Below, piece by piece: positions 50,791 to 64,000 of a stretch of DNA of 64,000 nt. Positions within the stretch are counted from its first letter, which is position 1. Every line of letters begins with the position of its first letter. This DNA comes from Trichoplax adhaerens. Its lineage: Eukaryota > Animalia > Placozoa. The notes under the pieces were generated by a model. That model searched no databases and was not told the DNA's origin. It was given only the letters and a program-made list of their open reading frames with translations. The translations under genes were made by a program, and so were the position numbers. Where the stretch lies: the NCBI RefSeq assembly GCF_000150275.1, contig NW_002060967.1, positions 434,001 to 498,000 of the forward strand. The letters are read 5' to 3'.

Positions 50791-51988
50791 ACCTGAAATG
50801 AAATATTTCGTTATGTAGTCGTTTATCATCATGTTAAATACTCGTATTAAGATGGCTTTGGCGAAACGATTAAAGGAATACATTAACATTGTTTATTTTT
50901 TATTACACTTCCGCATTGTTGTAATGGTTTTCGTTGTACGTACGCGTATATTGAGCATCCAATAAATGATTTTAGTACAATTAATTATAAACTCAATTTG
51001 AATCGATTTTTACAATATCTGTTTGATGGTTTTCATATCGTCATCAACTCCCGGATGTTAATTGAACAGTATGTAACGGTTAAGATGTACTGTGTAACAT
51101 TATAAAAGATAGAGAGATGGTAAGCACTGATGATTATAGTAGCAGCTGCACTAAATACTGTGGTAACGTAAAATCTTGGTCTTTTAATTGGATACACAGT
51201 TTTCACAAACAATATCATATATCTTGGTATCTATGCGTTGGTGATATAAAAGAGCATAATGGAAATATAAAAATGTTCGAGATTTAATGTTGATGTTCTT
51301 GAGGATGCAACAACTAGGATAAGTTATATATTCGTAATATCTAGTCTTCATAGAGTAACAAGGAATTAAAATATTTGTTTGACCGACCGTTATAGTTTGC
51401 ATGTCTTTTTATTAGCTTAACATCGTAACAATGATACTTTAATGTGATTAGGCCGATATTGGTATTTAGAAGTATTTCATATTTTTTTAGTATTCCTTTT
51501 TATTACAGTATAAAATAGAATATGCTTATCATAAATAAAGCGTGGTTAATAAAAAAACAGTTAAAAAGACGACATGCTGTACATTTGGTTAATAACTGAA
51601 GTTGGCCAGTATCGGAATAATGTATCAATTAATTAATCTAACTTCGATGCTAAAATTAGAAATATTTAACCTGCAATGATAGTTTACATCGTGTATATTG
51701 GAAAGAAAATTATAATATCCTCGTAATAACAATTTTTTTTGTTCCTGAGATATATTATTAAATTGCATTAATACTCATACTTATATCAAGAAACAGTAAT
51801 GACATTTACATTTTCGATCGAAGTATCCATCAGTCTTTCTAAGCGATGGAGATCTTGATTATCAGAAACGACTTTACAGTTTTGTATAATACAATTCTGA
51901 AATGATTCTCAAAGGCTGATTGTAATTTGCAACATTAGAAACGGTAAATTCAGATAATTGTAAATTAGTTGGAGCTAAAATATTCTGA

Positions 51989-54900
51989 TTAACTTCGTTT
52001 AACAGGAGGCCTCCAGTCGTCTAAATCTTCCAGTTCATCTTCGATGTCTTCTAAGTTACTGACATTAAATGTACTTTGTGTTGATAGTCGTGATCCACCT
52101 AATATGGGTAAAAAAGGTGCAATTATTCATAGCTCTATACTTAGTTGAATATAATTACTAGAAAGAACTTAGATGGAACTACTGATTTTTCTAAAACTTT
52201 TCTGCTTATAGACTTTCTCCAGTATCTGTAATTATGATCAGCGTAGCTTTTAAAATGAGAAATTAATTTCTTAAAATTAAGTCGAGGCTGATTATGGTAA
52301 AATAGATCCATTTTTCCAAAAACTTTTAGCAATTTACTAATGATATGTAACTCCTTAATGTAAAGATGCAATTATTCATAGCTCTATGCTTAGCTGAATA
52401 CCATTACTAGAAAGAACTTAGATGGAACTACTAATTTTTCTAAAGTTGCCTGCTTATAAACTGTTTCCAGTATCTGTAATTGCGATCAACATAGCTTTAT
52501 TCTACCTTACGTTACAGTCTGTAGAACACTATACTAGGTATGGCTAATAATGTACAACTTAATCTGAGCAATACTGCTTTAATGCAATATGTACTTGTAT
52601 TACAAGTCAAGATAGACAAAACTTTAAAATTTTCTTACCGCCAGATGCACGAGTATCAGCCATGACATTTTGTGAACGCCTACATCATATTTTAATGTCA
52701 TTAGGCGATGAAAATGAACGCAAATGATCGTTTATGTAAAATGCTATAGCAGAAAGTGGATAGTTAAAATTAAAATTTACCTTAAGCTTGCATCGGTAGA
52801 TTTATTATTATCCGAATCTAGCGACGATATATCGGAAAAATCTTCTTCTGATATAAAAGCTGCTACAGTATCCTGGAGAGAAGTATATTATGAAATCATT
52901 GTTAATTACTTACTGTATAACCTGTTATAGTACCGAATGCTAAATATTGATCAATTTCTACCTTGGCAGCTTCTGTTTCGTTTTTAACTTTGGTAACCTC
53001 ACTAGTATTAGATTTAAATATTGATACACCACCAGGTGGTCTTTTTCCTGATTGAAGACCACGTTTTTCTAGGGAAGCGGCTATATTAACCACCTAAGTT
53101 ATAGAAAGAAGTTATTATAAAGTAGTCAGTACTCTATTAGCAAAGGATTCAGGAGTATTAATCGATAAATGAATGGAGAGATTGACCGTGCAATACCTTG
53201 TTATTTGTTTCTCCATCAATCGATTCGATATTTTCATCTTCTATATCTTGTAATCCAGTATCTGAATTTTTGGATTCCACTTCTTGAAATATTGGCAAGT
53301 TAACGTTACTGTCACTAGTTAATATTTGATGAACTTTGCTATCAATTTGATCATTTTCTTTTTTGTCATTTTCCTCTTCGTCTAGGTCATCATCTTCATC
53401 ATCATCATCGTCGTCGTCGTCATCGTCGTCATCTTCACTGCTGGAATCGAAGTTAATAACTTTCGACACATTTCTCGGCGTTTCTGATTTGTCATCTCGC
53501 GATGGATGATGATGTACTTCTACTTTTTCGGCTATTTCTTCTTTGTCTTCACTATGTAGTTATCAATGAGTATTTTAATTCGCGTACATGGATCAAGACC
53601 GATCGATTAGAATTGCAATAGCTTACTCTGATTCTGAATTCCAAGAACTGGATTCTTCTGATTCTTCTTCGCTACTCGAACTTTGATTAGGATTATCCAT
53701 ATAAGATCTAAGTTGAATTAATTTTAATGTTAGTATCATCGTTTGTAGTGAACTAAGAGAGGATATCATTTTAAATTGGAAGGAAAATTAACTTAATTAC
53801 CCTGTGCTTGATATACTGTGGCCAGTATCACGAAGATGCTGTAATTTTCTAATAGCACCGATGCTCTTAGCTGCAGCTCGTAATGCAGTAGCTGGCGATC
53901 TTTCTGGAGCATGATCTAACAAAATAACGTCAAATACTTTATCAATAAAATTGATATAATAGGTAGACGAAAACATTCACTAGCATCAAAATGATTATCA
54001 GGTCGAATAGAATTTTCGTGAGATGAAAATATACGCGTATCGAGAATTTGTCAGCAAACTGACCGTAACGTTGATGAATAGGTGTGGAAACTAGGCTTCT
54101 TACATCTAATGATATAGGATGCCAAATGAATATCATTAATAATTCTAAAATGAGCTGATTTAGAAGAAATTACGAGGTAGCTACACGCAGTTTATGCATC
54201 GATATATCATTTATTACTCTTATTAACCGAGACAGGAGGCGAATACAATGCTTCGTTATCTAGGTAAAATTGATTACGGTAACCTCTTGATGGAATAATT
54301 ACCTGAAGATTCACCAGTCATTTCCAGGGGTTTAGATTTATAATGTGTTTTGCAGATTTGATTAACTTGATCAATTAAACTAGGATGATAAAGAACAATA
54401 GTAGACATTAAACAGGGTTAAAATATATCTAATAAGGTTGTATAAGATGTTATGATACACATTAGACTTAATATTTTATTTCGATTTTTAATTGTATGTG
54501 TGTAGACTATACCGCATATATTATATTATTTAAAGACCTACCCTCGGCGAATTTCAGAGAAATTAGGATATTTCTATTAATGATATAAGATTTTCAAAGA
54601 AATGGAAAAGTATAAAGATTATCAGCCATGGCTCAATTTTGTCACATTGTATTACTAGTAATACTATGGTAATAGCTATAATTTAGTAAAATTTATCTCG
54701 ATAAATAGAATGAGTTGGTGATCTAAAAAGATGTTAGTATTGGTAAGATTATTAAGAATTAATTATTTGAATATTTAAATATGTGTAATCTTAATCAGCT
54801 GCATATATTTTGATTTAAATTATGAGCTGATGATCTAAAGAGTGTTTTAATATAGGCAAATTTAGCAACGATTAGTGATATGAATATATAAGTATTGGCA

Positions 54901-57900
54901 GCTTTAATTCGTTGTCAAAGTCCTTATAAAGGCTGAGTTGATAATTCAAAAGATTTTATTATAAATAAAGTTATTAGTGATTAATTATGAATTGTGGTGA
55001 TTTGATAAATTTCTATTAGTTTGATGTATTCTGATAAATAAAGTTAAGTGATGATCCAAAACACCCTGATATAAATAAGCTGTCAACGATTGAATATATA
55101 AATATACCAAATATTAATGTAATGATCTAAGCTAACTGTAGTAGCACAGTAATATCAGGAGACTATTACACGGCCATTACAATTAAGTATTAACGTTTTA
55201 ATTCGATGAATATATCCCAATAGACACTATGACCTGTTGACCCAGAAGATATTGGTAATCTATTTATAACATCAAAATTTTATGTCCGCATCTTACCTGG
55301 GAAATGTTTTGGTGGGTATTTTGCATTTGACTGGTTTTCTTATTATACATATGATTCGTCATCCTACTTTCATTCTGGTAAAGGTTGGATATTTTCCATG
55401 AGCAATAGTTACGGGCATTAGGTTAATAGTGAGAATTAGTATTTATTTAATTATGAATACAGTTAACTATATACTATCAACATACTGTTCCTATTCCTTC
55501 ATTTATTAGACGGCTTTCAAGTAGATCCATAACTTCTTGGCGTGATTTCTTTAAAAATGTAGCTGAATGGCTGTATTGGGCTAATTAAATCAATGGTAAA
55601 TAGCTTATAAATAGTTTTAAGTACTATGAAACGGAAATGATCTTAGATAAATGGCTTGTATACTATCACTAACATTTTATTTCCGGTATATGTGAAAATG
55701 GAGTATAAGTTTGATTGGTCTTTTACCATAAATAAAAGGCAAATTACGGAATATTAATATAATTTTTTAGAAAAAAATCTCTTTAGCCTGGAGGAACCGG
55801 ACCTACTATTGCTATATTATAAATACTTTAATCAAGGTATAGATAGAAATAGGAAATAAATGATTCCATACCATAGCTAATGTTGATTCTCCTGCAGTAG
55901 TTCCACTAAAATATGAATACAAAAGAAACAAAATTTACGGGATTAAATTATAATACGTGTAGGGGATTTTTGTAATGTTAACATCACTTTCTTACTCTAA
56001 ATCATCTGTTGTTTGCATTCCAGATTCATCCAGCTGCTTTCGAGTATTACTTTCTCTAAAATGACGATATATACCAAGAATGAATAAGTTAGCTAGCCGT
56101 ATAATATTAGAAAAGCTTGATCATGATCATATCTAAAGTATTGGATTAGTAATTGTTAATCATCTTTATGCTGGACAAACTCTAGTCATAGTATTTAGTT
56201 AGATGGAATCGTAATGTTATATCATGTTATGTTAACGATGTTATTTTTTGGATGATATGGCATATACACTAATATCTTCGACGGTGAATAAATTAAAAAT
56301 AATAAAAATGAACAAAAATTAATAAAGAAAATTAAAATTAAAATTATAAATAAAACATAAAATATAAACTATAATAAAATTAAAAAAATTTGATTATCTA
56401 TGTACGATTGTGATCACATCTGAAGTATTAGATAAATGATTATCGATCATCTTTGTGCTGAAGAAACTATAGTATACAGTATACTTAAATTGATTGGTAA
56501 TAATCCTATATCATGTCATGTAAACAATCCTATTTTTGATGATATTGTAAATATTAACAACTTAGGCGGCTAATAAAATAGAGATTGTCTATTTTTGTGG
56601 CTATTATAACATACTCTTATTTTAAACTACTTTGATCTTAGTCACGATCGAGGTTTACATGTTTATGTGGTCATTATGGCATACATGTTAATTTTACTTT
56701 CAAATGTGATCAAGATGAGTAATATGTTTATACAGTAGTATGAGCATAGCTATTTCTGTCTTGATAAAGTTTTAATTTTATTATAGCATATTTGATTCAA
56801 GTGTCTTTTACTTATTTGTTTGATTAACATATTTTTGTCCTTACATATGCAAGGTACTTAATTTCTTGCTTTCTTTGGAGGTATTGGACGATTCTGACAT
56901 TTCTATCAATATCAAAGATATCAATTAGCTCATAGCTATAAATAATTACACTTAAATAATTCATTTTTTATGTCTTATAGCAATGATGAATTGGAATGCT
57001 TTACATGGTAAATATATATTAGATATGAACTCTTCACGCGATAGTAGCAAAGATGGAATGATGTTACAACTAGCTAATTCTAGACAGCAACCATTGATGC
57101 CGTACGTATAGTTTAAATATTGATTGAGGAGCAGGATAGGGTATCTATAGCTATTCTTTCTAATTTAAGATGTGATATATCGATATTTAAGCTTGCTGGA
57201 TTGCTTGAAGCCTGAAATTTTCATTTTCTCTCATACGTAAGTAATTGCAGCAAAAAATCTACTGTATGTTCATTAACAGGTTGCAGGCTTTAGTTGGGAT
57301 AATACAAATACTTTTTCACTCTTGCTAATACTAATATAAATGAACTTCAAAAAGTTTTAGTCTAAATTAAAGGTTATAGCATTGGCTCTTCTAGCACTAG
57401 AAATAATTAATTAATTGATAAATGAAAATTATTCTAATAATTTGCTCGCTGATGTAAAGTGGTAACAAATCGTAATAAGATCGATAGTAGGCTTTGCTAA
57501 GGTATGAGTTGTTACTTAAGTGGATGAGCTAGTTAGAAAAACAGAGTAAAGGGAACTATAGGACAATCCTGCACAAATACTTAAGTTTAAAATCTAAATC
57601 TCCGATGAATATCATAAGAAAGAATGAATCATAGTCTGCAAATCACAATCTAACCAGAATCGGAATTTTCATCATCTTCAGAACTTGAATCTTCGATGTC
57701 TTTAAAAGAGTCCAAAAATAAGCCAATCAGGAATGAATAAACATTTGAATTGATATTATCTAGAGAGCACTTACCTGTTGATTTATCGACGACTACCTTG
57801 ACTTTGGCACTTTGTATTTTTGATGTAGCCTGGTTTGCTATTTTTAATAAACGATCATAGTTTTAAATTATTCATAGAGAATGACTATTAATCATAGCTT

Positions 57901-60900
57901 GTTATTCTACAGCTTTACTAACGCTGATCATTCTTGGTTGGTGGTTGAGTTTCAGCTGGAGATTGCACTGGAGATTGTATAGCTTTCTTGGATTTTAAGG
58001 GCTGCTTGCTAAATAATTTTAGAGGAGAAGACTGCAATTGAGGATTAAGCTTGGTTTCTGTAATGCTAGGCGTTTCTTGGGCCTCAGCAAAGACGCGTTT
58101 TTCGTGTTCCTCTAGGGCTAATTTACTTTTCTAGATGGAAAGAGTATCAATTATCCATTTTGAGGAATATTGCATTTTATTTAATCGCAACATCGTAGTA
58201 TCTTGGAATAATCTAAGATGCAGACTGCTAGTATGTGGTCTTGCTTATATCCTTTGATTGTGTACTGATAGAGCGTCTACTTTTATGAATATTTCTATTT
58301 CAAACCTTTTTAGCCATTTCTTTAAATGAAGCTGCTTCAGCCTATTGATAATAAAGGAAATTTTTAGTACAAATTTATCATTGATTTAATTCGCTATTTT
58401 ACAAGATTATGAAGAGACTCGTATGAACTAGCGATGATAGGCTAGTATTCTTCTACAACAAACTATTTTATGACAGACCTGTTGGAATTCAATTTGGCTT
58501 TCTAGCTCTGCTACTTTCTATATTCATAAAGCAAGACTGCAAGTTAATATTTCCAGAAGAGTTAAACTAGAATGATCTATGGTTACTTAATTCATAGTTA
58601 GTAGATTAATTGCGACCATAATTAGCATAAAGGAAATAACTTTGTCCGTCAAAGTATTGTAGTCTTTGAGCGTTATTATTGACGATTGTATCGAATGGCT
58701 GCTGCTTAATCGCCACAGCTAAGTTAAATGATATCATTTAATTGCTATCCTTCTTGAAATTAGTATTTATTAACTACGATTATAATCAAGATTGAAAAGT
58801 AGTAGTTAATTCAAGCATAACAATCTAGTAGGGCAGCTGTTCATGATTACATCTTATAATCGGTAATAACAACTAGATTAAATTGCTGGCATAATCATGA
58901 TCCTACAGCCACTCTATATGGAACAGCTAGATTTAATTGCTAGCGTAATCAAAATCTTTTTGCTACTCAACTTGTAACATCTAGGTTAATATCGAGATAG
59001 AGTAATGGATCATGATCTTAAGACCATTTTACTCGAAAAAGCTGGGTTAATTGCTAGCTTAATCAAGACCTTATGGCCACTCAACCTGTAACAGCTAGGT
59101 TAACTGAAGAGATAATCAATAATTGAAATAGAGCAATGGATCCATACTAAGCAATGGAATCATGCTGTAGTATTGTCCTAGTTATAGTTAAGGAATCATG
59201 AAAGCTATGGTAATCAAAATTTAGGTTCTGTAGGTTAATCAATGGCATTGTAATCCTATAGTAATATTACCCATGATGATATCGTTTAAAATAAGCCTAA
59301 TTGTACCAAATAAACGTTGGAGAATCATAAGTATGGACTATGGCTACAAAGAGATTACTATTATACTTGTAGCGTTTCATTTTGTGTAATTTTGCATATG
59401 CTCAATAAGAAGAGAAGGAAATATCATACCTTTAAAAGTAAATTAATTTTATGCTGATTTTGCTGTTGTTCAGAATTGGATTCTGTAACATTTTCATTTC
59501 GAATAGCTTGCAGCGATTCTTCGATCATATTTCGTGACTGTTTATATCCAGTAGATTTCATTAATGGAGTATCTATGTATTATGGTTGGCTATGATAGAA
59601 CTATTTTACGGTCTGTTCTTGCTATAGTATAACTTACTTCCACATTTTGCTTCTCTTTCAATTCTTCCAATTGTTTTTGCCACGAATTTTGTTGATTTTT
59701 AAGCATTTCTGTGATTGCTGTTTTGGTAGTTGATTGAAGAGTTTCAATCTAGGCGAGGATAAAGATAAGGATTTTATTACCGGTCTAATTCTCAAGTGCG
59801 AATTGAATCCATCAAGTTTTCGTTTAGACTCATTAATGTTAGCTAAGAGCTTAAGCTACTAATTTCAACTCAGTATAGGTATAAAACTATTTCCAGCTGT
59901 TGGGAAGAAATGGATTGATAAGCTATTTAAAATACTAACTATGATTCCATACTAAATTGATTTCTTTCGCAGCTAAAGTCGTTATTCTAGTACGTGTGAG
60001 AACAGTACATCGTCTAGCAGTTTTTGCGATATGAAATAGAATTTACACTCTAGCTTAATTTTGTACTATCAACGGAAAGAAATGAGCTAATAGCGATATT
60101 ATTTAAATAGATATTACTTCAGGCAATAAACAGATTTCACTTTATTATTAAGTCAAGCTCAGCTATCATGGTAATACAACGCAAAGGGGATATTTACCTC
60201 TTTCCTAAATTTAGCAATTTCTTCGCGATACTGTTCATTCTGCGCAGATACAAATTAATTTTAGCTGGCAGATGCATTATGTAAATGCACTATAATATTA
60301 TTTTAGATGGTAGAAGTACCGAGGAAAGGCTATATTGAATTAAGTTCATACCTGTTTCTTAATATCTTCAATATCTACATCTGTACTAAATCGACTCTTC
60401 CGCTTTTCGGATTTATTCGACTTTCGTAGTTTAACATTCTGGTGAGGTTTAGCTTCATCATGGCTTTCATCATCCTGTTGCGGTAAAGGTGGCATAAATG
60501 AGTTATGTAACAGTAAAATCGAAATTTTTTCAACTTTAAAATTCTCCTAAAAAATCGATCCTTCATTTACATCACTTGGCTAACCTCTAATTCTCCTAAC
60601 GTATTTTTCCTTCTAGCTTCTGTACAAATACCAAGAAATGGTATAGCATTATTTATTTATCTCAGAATTATATCTTACAAATCACATACAGAAGGCAGCC
60701 AATTACCTATAAGTTGTTCTTGCAGCGCCTAATTGATATGAAAAACAAAACTTAGAATAAATATTCAAAACGATTAACTTTATATTCTTCTCTTTCCAGT
60801 ACCTTTTCGCGATTTTTAAGGCGTTCTTCACTTTCTCGCACTTCGCGCTGCAGCATATCTCGGAAAGTGTTCATCTGTGACTGAGATAAAAATATTAAGA

Positions 60901-63185
60901 TGCATTATTTTAGCTAGATAAATTTATTTTGCATAAAGTCTGGATGATGAATATCTTATAGATTGAAAAAGGATATCCATAGCATCTATTACATATTATA
61001 ATTTCATACGGATAAATATTTGATTTTAATTTTTTAATGTACATTATTTTAGCTGGATAAAATGTAGCTCGCATAAAGTCTGGACGATGAATATCCTATG
61101 GATTCAATAGGATATTCATAACACTTTTTATAATAATAATTTTATTCGGGTACCGATAACTGTTTAATTTTAAGCCTGCCTATCGTTACCATGGCTAATT
61201 AATAGAATTGCTGAATCATTTTGTAGATAGATTATAATTAATTAAGTTATATAATCGCTATTGCAATTAGAGCTTAATGAGATTATTAATAGTTTTTTAC
61301 GGTAACCGAAGTATAGATATTAACCATTTTAAGGTTTATTTTCACATATGTAGGATTTGTTGAATTTGTTTTATTTGACTAGAATAGGCTTGCTATTGCA
61401 ACTTTTTAGGGATATTTATCTTTAATATGATTAAAGTTGATGGAGTTGATGATGACGAATGTAGCTGAATTTTACTTTATGTTAGTAATTATTATTAATC
61501 ACGTTTAAGGACGCCTATCTATTGCGTATTTGAGGTTGATAGGATTAGTAATTCCCTAGATGGTTAAAATCCTATCAAATTACTATTTCTACCTATTTGA
61601 AATGTTGATATACTATAGTACATGCCTGAGCTTAGTTAGAACATACTTTTAATTAGTATTTACGATAATTAAGGAGGATATTAGACTTTTAGATAGCCGA
61701 GATTAGAGAAATTAATTTTTACGTCGGTGGTTGGTTATAGCACTGGGCTAAGTCCACAGATGGCTACATTTTTTGTAATCAAGATTATCGGGATTACTTT
61801 AACAACATTGGATTATACTCTAAATGATTGCGGCATTCTTTATATTTATTGGTCTGCTTCGAGATTATTGGTATCGATTAAATTTAGAGGTAGGCTATAA
61901 ATGAGATACTGAAATAGGCGGGCAAATGGAGAGAAAGGAATATAGCATAGAAATAGAGATCAATCTTGACACGAATAAGCTTACCTCATTATTACTCTCT
62001 TCTTCCAATCGCCATTGCTGATATTTGCTTTTTAATTCATTCTCATAATTTTTCATTTGAATGGATAATTCCTAAAATTTTCCCAGTTTTAAAATGGCAA
62101 CGAATTAATTTAAGATCATGTTAAGGACGAGCTATTAATTTAAAAGCTAGGAAGAATCTGTACTGCAATAAGAGAAACTATCCAATGCTGCCTGAAAGGA
62201 TTACTATGTTAGCTGATCTACTAATTCGCTGAGCACAAGTAAGATAGGTAAATATTGAGCTAAATAAGTACGTATGCCGTAAGTAAAGATTTTTTACGCT
62301 GTAGCATGAATCTTTTACATGCGAAGATCTGATAGCAAGTCTGTGTAAAATTTGGATGCAAGCTATAGTATATTGAGCGATAACTTAAAAGTATTCGAAG
62401 CATGGCTGCAGAGACTGGAAAGATTGAAGAGGCTGATTATAACCACAAGTCATCTATCAATTCTAATTAACAACTTTAAAATAGGGGAAATGTCCCAACA
62501 TGGTCCTAATCGATGGTAGTGATAATATAGTAATAGAATATATAATAACCTCTGATAGTTTATGATCTCTTTCTGATCTTTCCTTAGCTAGCTCTTGCGT
62601 TGTTGTATGCAATTTCTCTTGCATTTCTGCTAATTGTGCTTGCATGTTATTCCACGAATTTTTAACGTTATTAGTCATCGTATCGCCATTGCCAATATTA
62701 TTGAGCTTGCTATTCAATGAAAAGAATAGTAGAAAAGCTATAAAAATGTCTGGAAATAAGCCAGTCAGCAATATTTTACCTTTGCATGGTCGTTTCTTCA
62801 GCTGTGCCATCGTGATGTCTTCGTGCAATGTGACGCTGCAAGTAGACTCCATTAACAAATACTTTTTGGCAATGGACACACTAGAAAACAACGATACAAG
62901 AGCATTTCATCTTCAATAAATAGGCAATTTATTTCATATTTTATACCCATAACTAACGAGTAGTAGGTAAATTTAGTATCTATAAATACGATACAACAGA
63001 TGAATTGATAAACAGGGTGGAATGCAGCCTAGTTTAAAAATTTTTACCTTATAATTCCCGCTAGCTCCTAAATTAACCATATTCTGATACATTTTAAGCA
63101 TTTTCTTCATTTTCCGTGTATCTTGTTTACGCTTATCTAGTTCTTCCGTTATTTCTTTTTCTTTAGTAGTTAAATTTTCCGTAGT
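51989..63185 (-). CDS. DZIP1: DAZ-interacting zinc finger protein 1 / iguana (cilia basal-body protein), 5' end beyond window
   Basis: Coiled-coil exon 63185-63048 (...ELDKRKQDTRKMKKMLKMYQNMVNLGASGNYK) splices to a single C2H2 finger exon 62880-62780 (CVHCQKVFVNGVYLQRHIARRH). Then come many coiled-coil exons, an acidic poly-Asp exon (~53200-53550), a KRPPGGVSIF motif (~53020) and a last exon ...LEDIEDELEDLDDWRPPVKRS* (TAA 51991-51989). The architecture matches DZIP1/DZIP1L. Confidence 0.85.
52118..52497. repeat. Intronic duplication in DZIP1 last intron
   Basis: tgcaattattcatagctctat.cttag.tgaata..attactagaaagaacttagatggaactact...ccagtatctgtaatt occurs twice. Confidence 0.85.
58850..59105. 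repeat. Degenerate ~55-60-bp intronic tandem repeat
   Basis: aacagctag.ttaattgctag..taatca.ga.ctta..gccactc recurs. Confidence 0.65.
60900..61125. repeat. Intronic ~140-bp duplication
   Basis: cattattttagct.gataaa...gcataaagtctgga.gatgaatatc occurs twice. Confidence 0.8.
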
Positions 63186-64000
63186 CTATGAAGAAGCAAA
63201 AGTATAAAAATATCTTATTTTCTATTAACAAGTTTGATTGAGTTTTTGTAGGTCTTTGCAGTCCTGTATGTTGAAGCACGTAGAAAATTGCTTAGCAATC
63301 CATTTCTCATGATGGTAAATACACAATACACTTAAAACCTTTTATTTTCTTTCTAAATTTATTTACGATACTGTTTGCTACTGGATATAAAAGATTGCTT
63401 AATAGTGGATTTCTTGTTATAAAGAAAGTACAGAAGTCTCGAATGGAATTTAATTATTCTGAAATTACCCGCAATATACTAGGCTGCCACATGTAAGAAT
63501 TTCTACACCGAATTTGCCATCATGATAATTTAAGATTAAACTTATTTTATTTATTATTTTGTAGTTATCAATACTACTGTATGCTGTTCGTAAAATGACT
63601 TTGCGATCTTTTCATCATGATATTGAAGATACGACAATCGCAAATAGAACTCATCTTAATTATTTTGCAGCTGTAAATTTGTAATACTGCTGCAGTTAAA
63701 AATATCTATTCGCCATTATGATAAAAGATATAAGAATTTCAAATTTAACCTGTTTTCGTTAACTATCTTGCAGTTATTGGTAGTTTATTGCAAAGTGTAT
63801 AACTGTCTAGTAATTACTAATCATGTTGACATAATTGATGAAGGCATGGAAATCTAGAATTAATCTCTAACCTCAGTTAAAGAATTGATCTTGTCTTCAT
63901 ATCGCTTTATTTTTTCAGATAGAGCGTTTTGGGAATGCTATATGGTAGAATAGAGGCAAAAATTTTATTCATTTACTAGGAAAAATATTAGCTAGAGTTT

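Noticed and set aside
55290-55305. U1 snRNA-like cttacctgg
   Set aside because: It is the reverse complement of a DZIP1 splice donor; no U1 body follows.
56287-56390. A-rich low-complexity tract
   Set aside because: Ordinary intronic low-complexity sequence with no element hallmarks.
63230-63263. Possible extra DZIP1 micro-exon (DCKDLQKLNQT)
   Set aside because: It would need a 44-nt intron and is out of phase with the next exon.

Overview
AT-rich, intron-dense eukaryotic DNA with canonical GT-AG introns of roughly 70-3000 nt and a metazoan gene set. The compact style resembles an early-branching animal such as the placozoan Trichoplax; this is inference, not verified. The ORF track is mostly noise, so genes were rebuilt exon by exon. 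(1) 1-28.3 kb is a cluster of five 6-Cys tetraspanins: three on + (one 5'-partial, one pseudogene, one intact) converging on two on -. They share exon structure but have different C-terminal sorting tails, one lacks a shared intron, and one may have a start codon split by an intron. (2) 30.4-31.9 kb is a ~30-bp minisatellite whose orientation flips at ~31440. It is followed directly by a promoter-like patch with a perfect ER-stress element (CCAAT-N9-CCACG) ~1.85 kb upstream of (3) DNAJC3/P58IPK (33.85-37.2 kb). (4) 38.7-44.8 kb is a GC-richer, CpG-containing island without a recognisable gene, rich in TACAGTA/TACTGTA and E2F/CHR-like sites. It lies upstream of (5) a DP-family E2F partner gene (TFDP, 45.1-48.8 kb). 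(6) A DZIP1/iguana cilia gene lies on - (52.0 to >63.2 kb). Many introns carry degenerate tandem duplications, some of which copy splice sites. No tRNA, rRNA, CRISPR array or intact transposase was seen.
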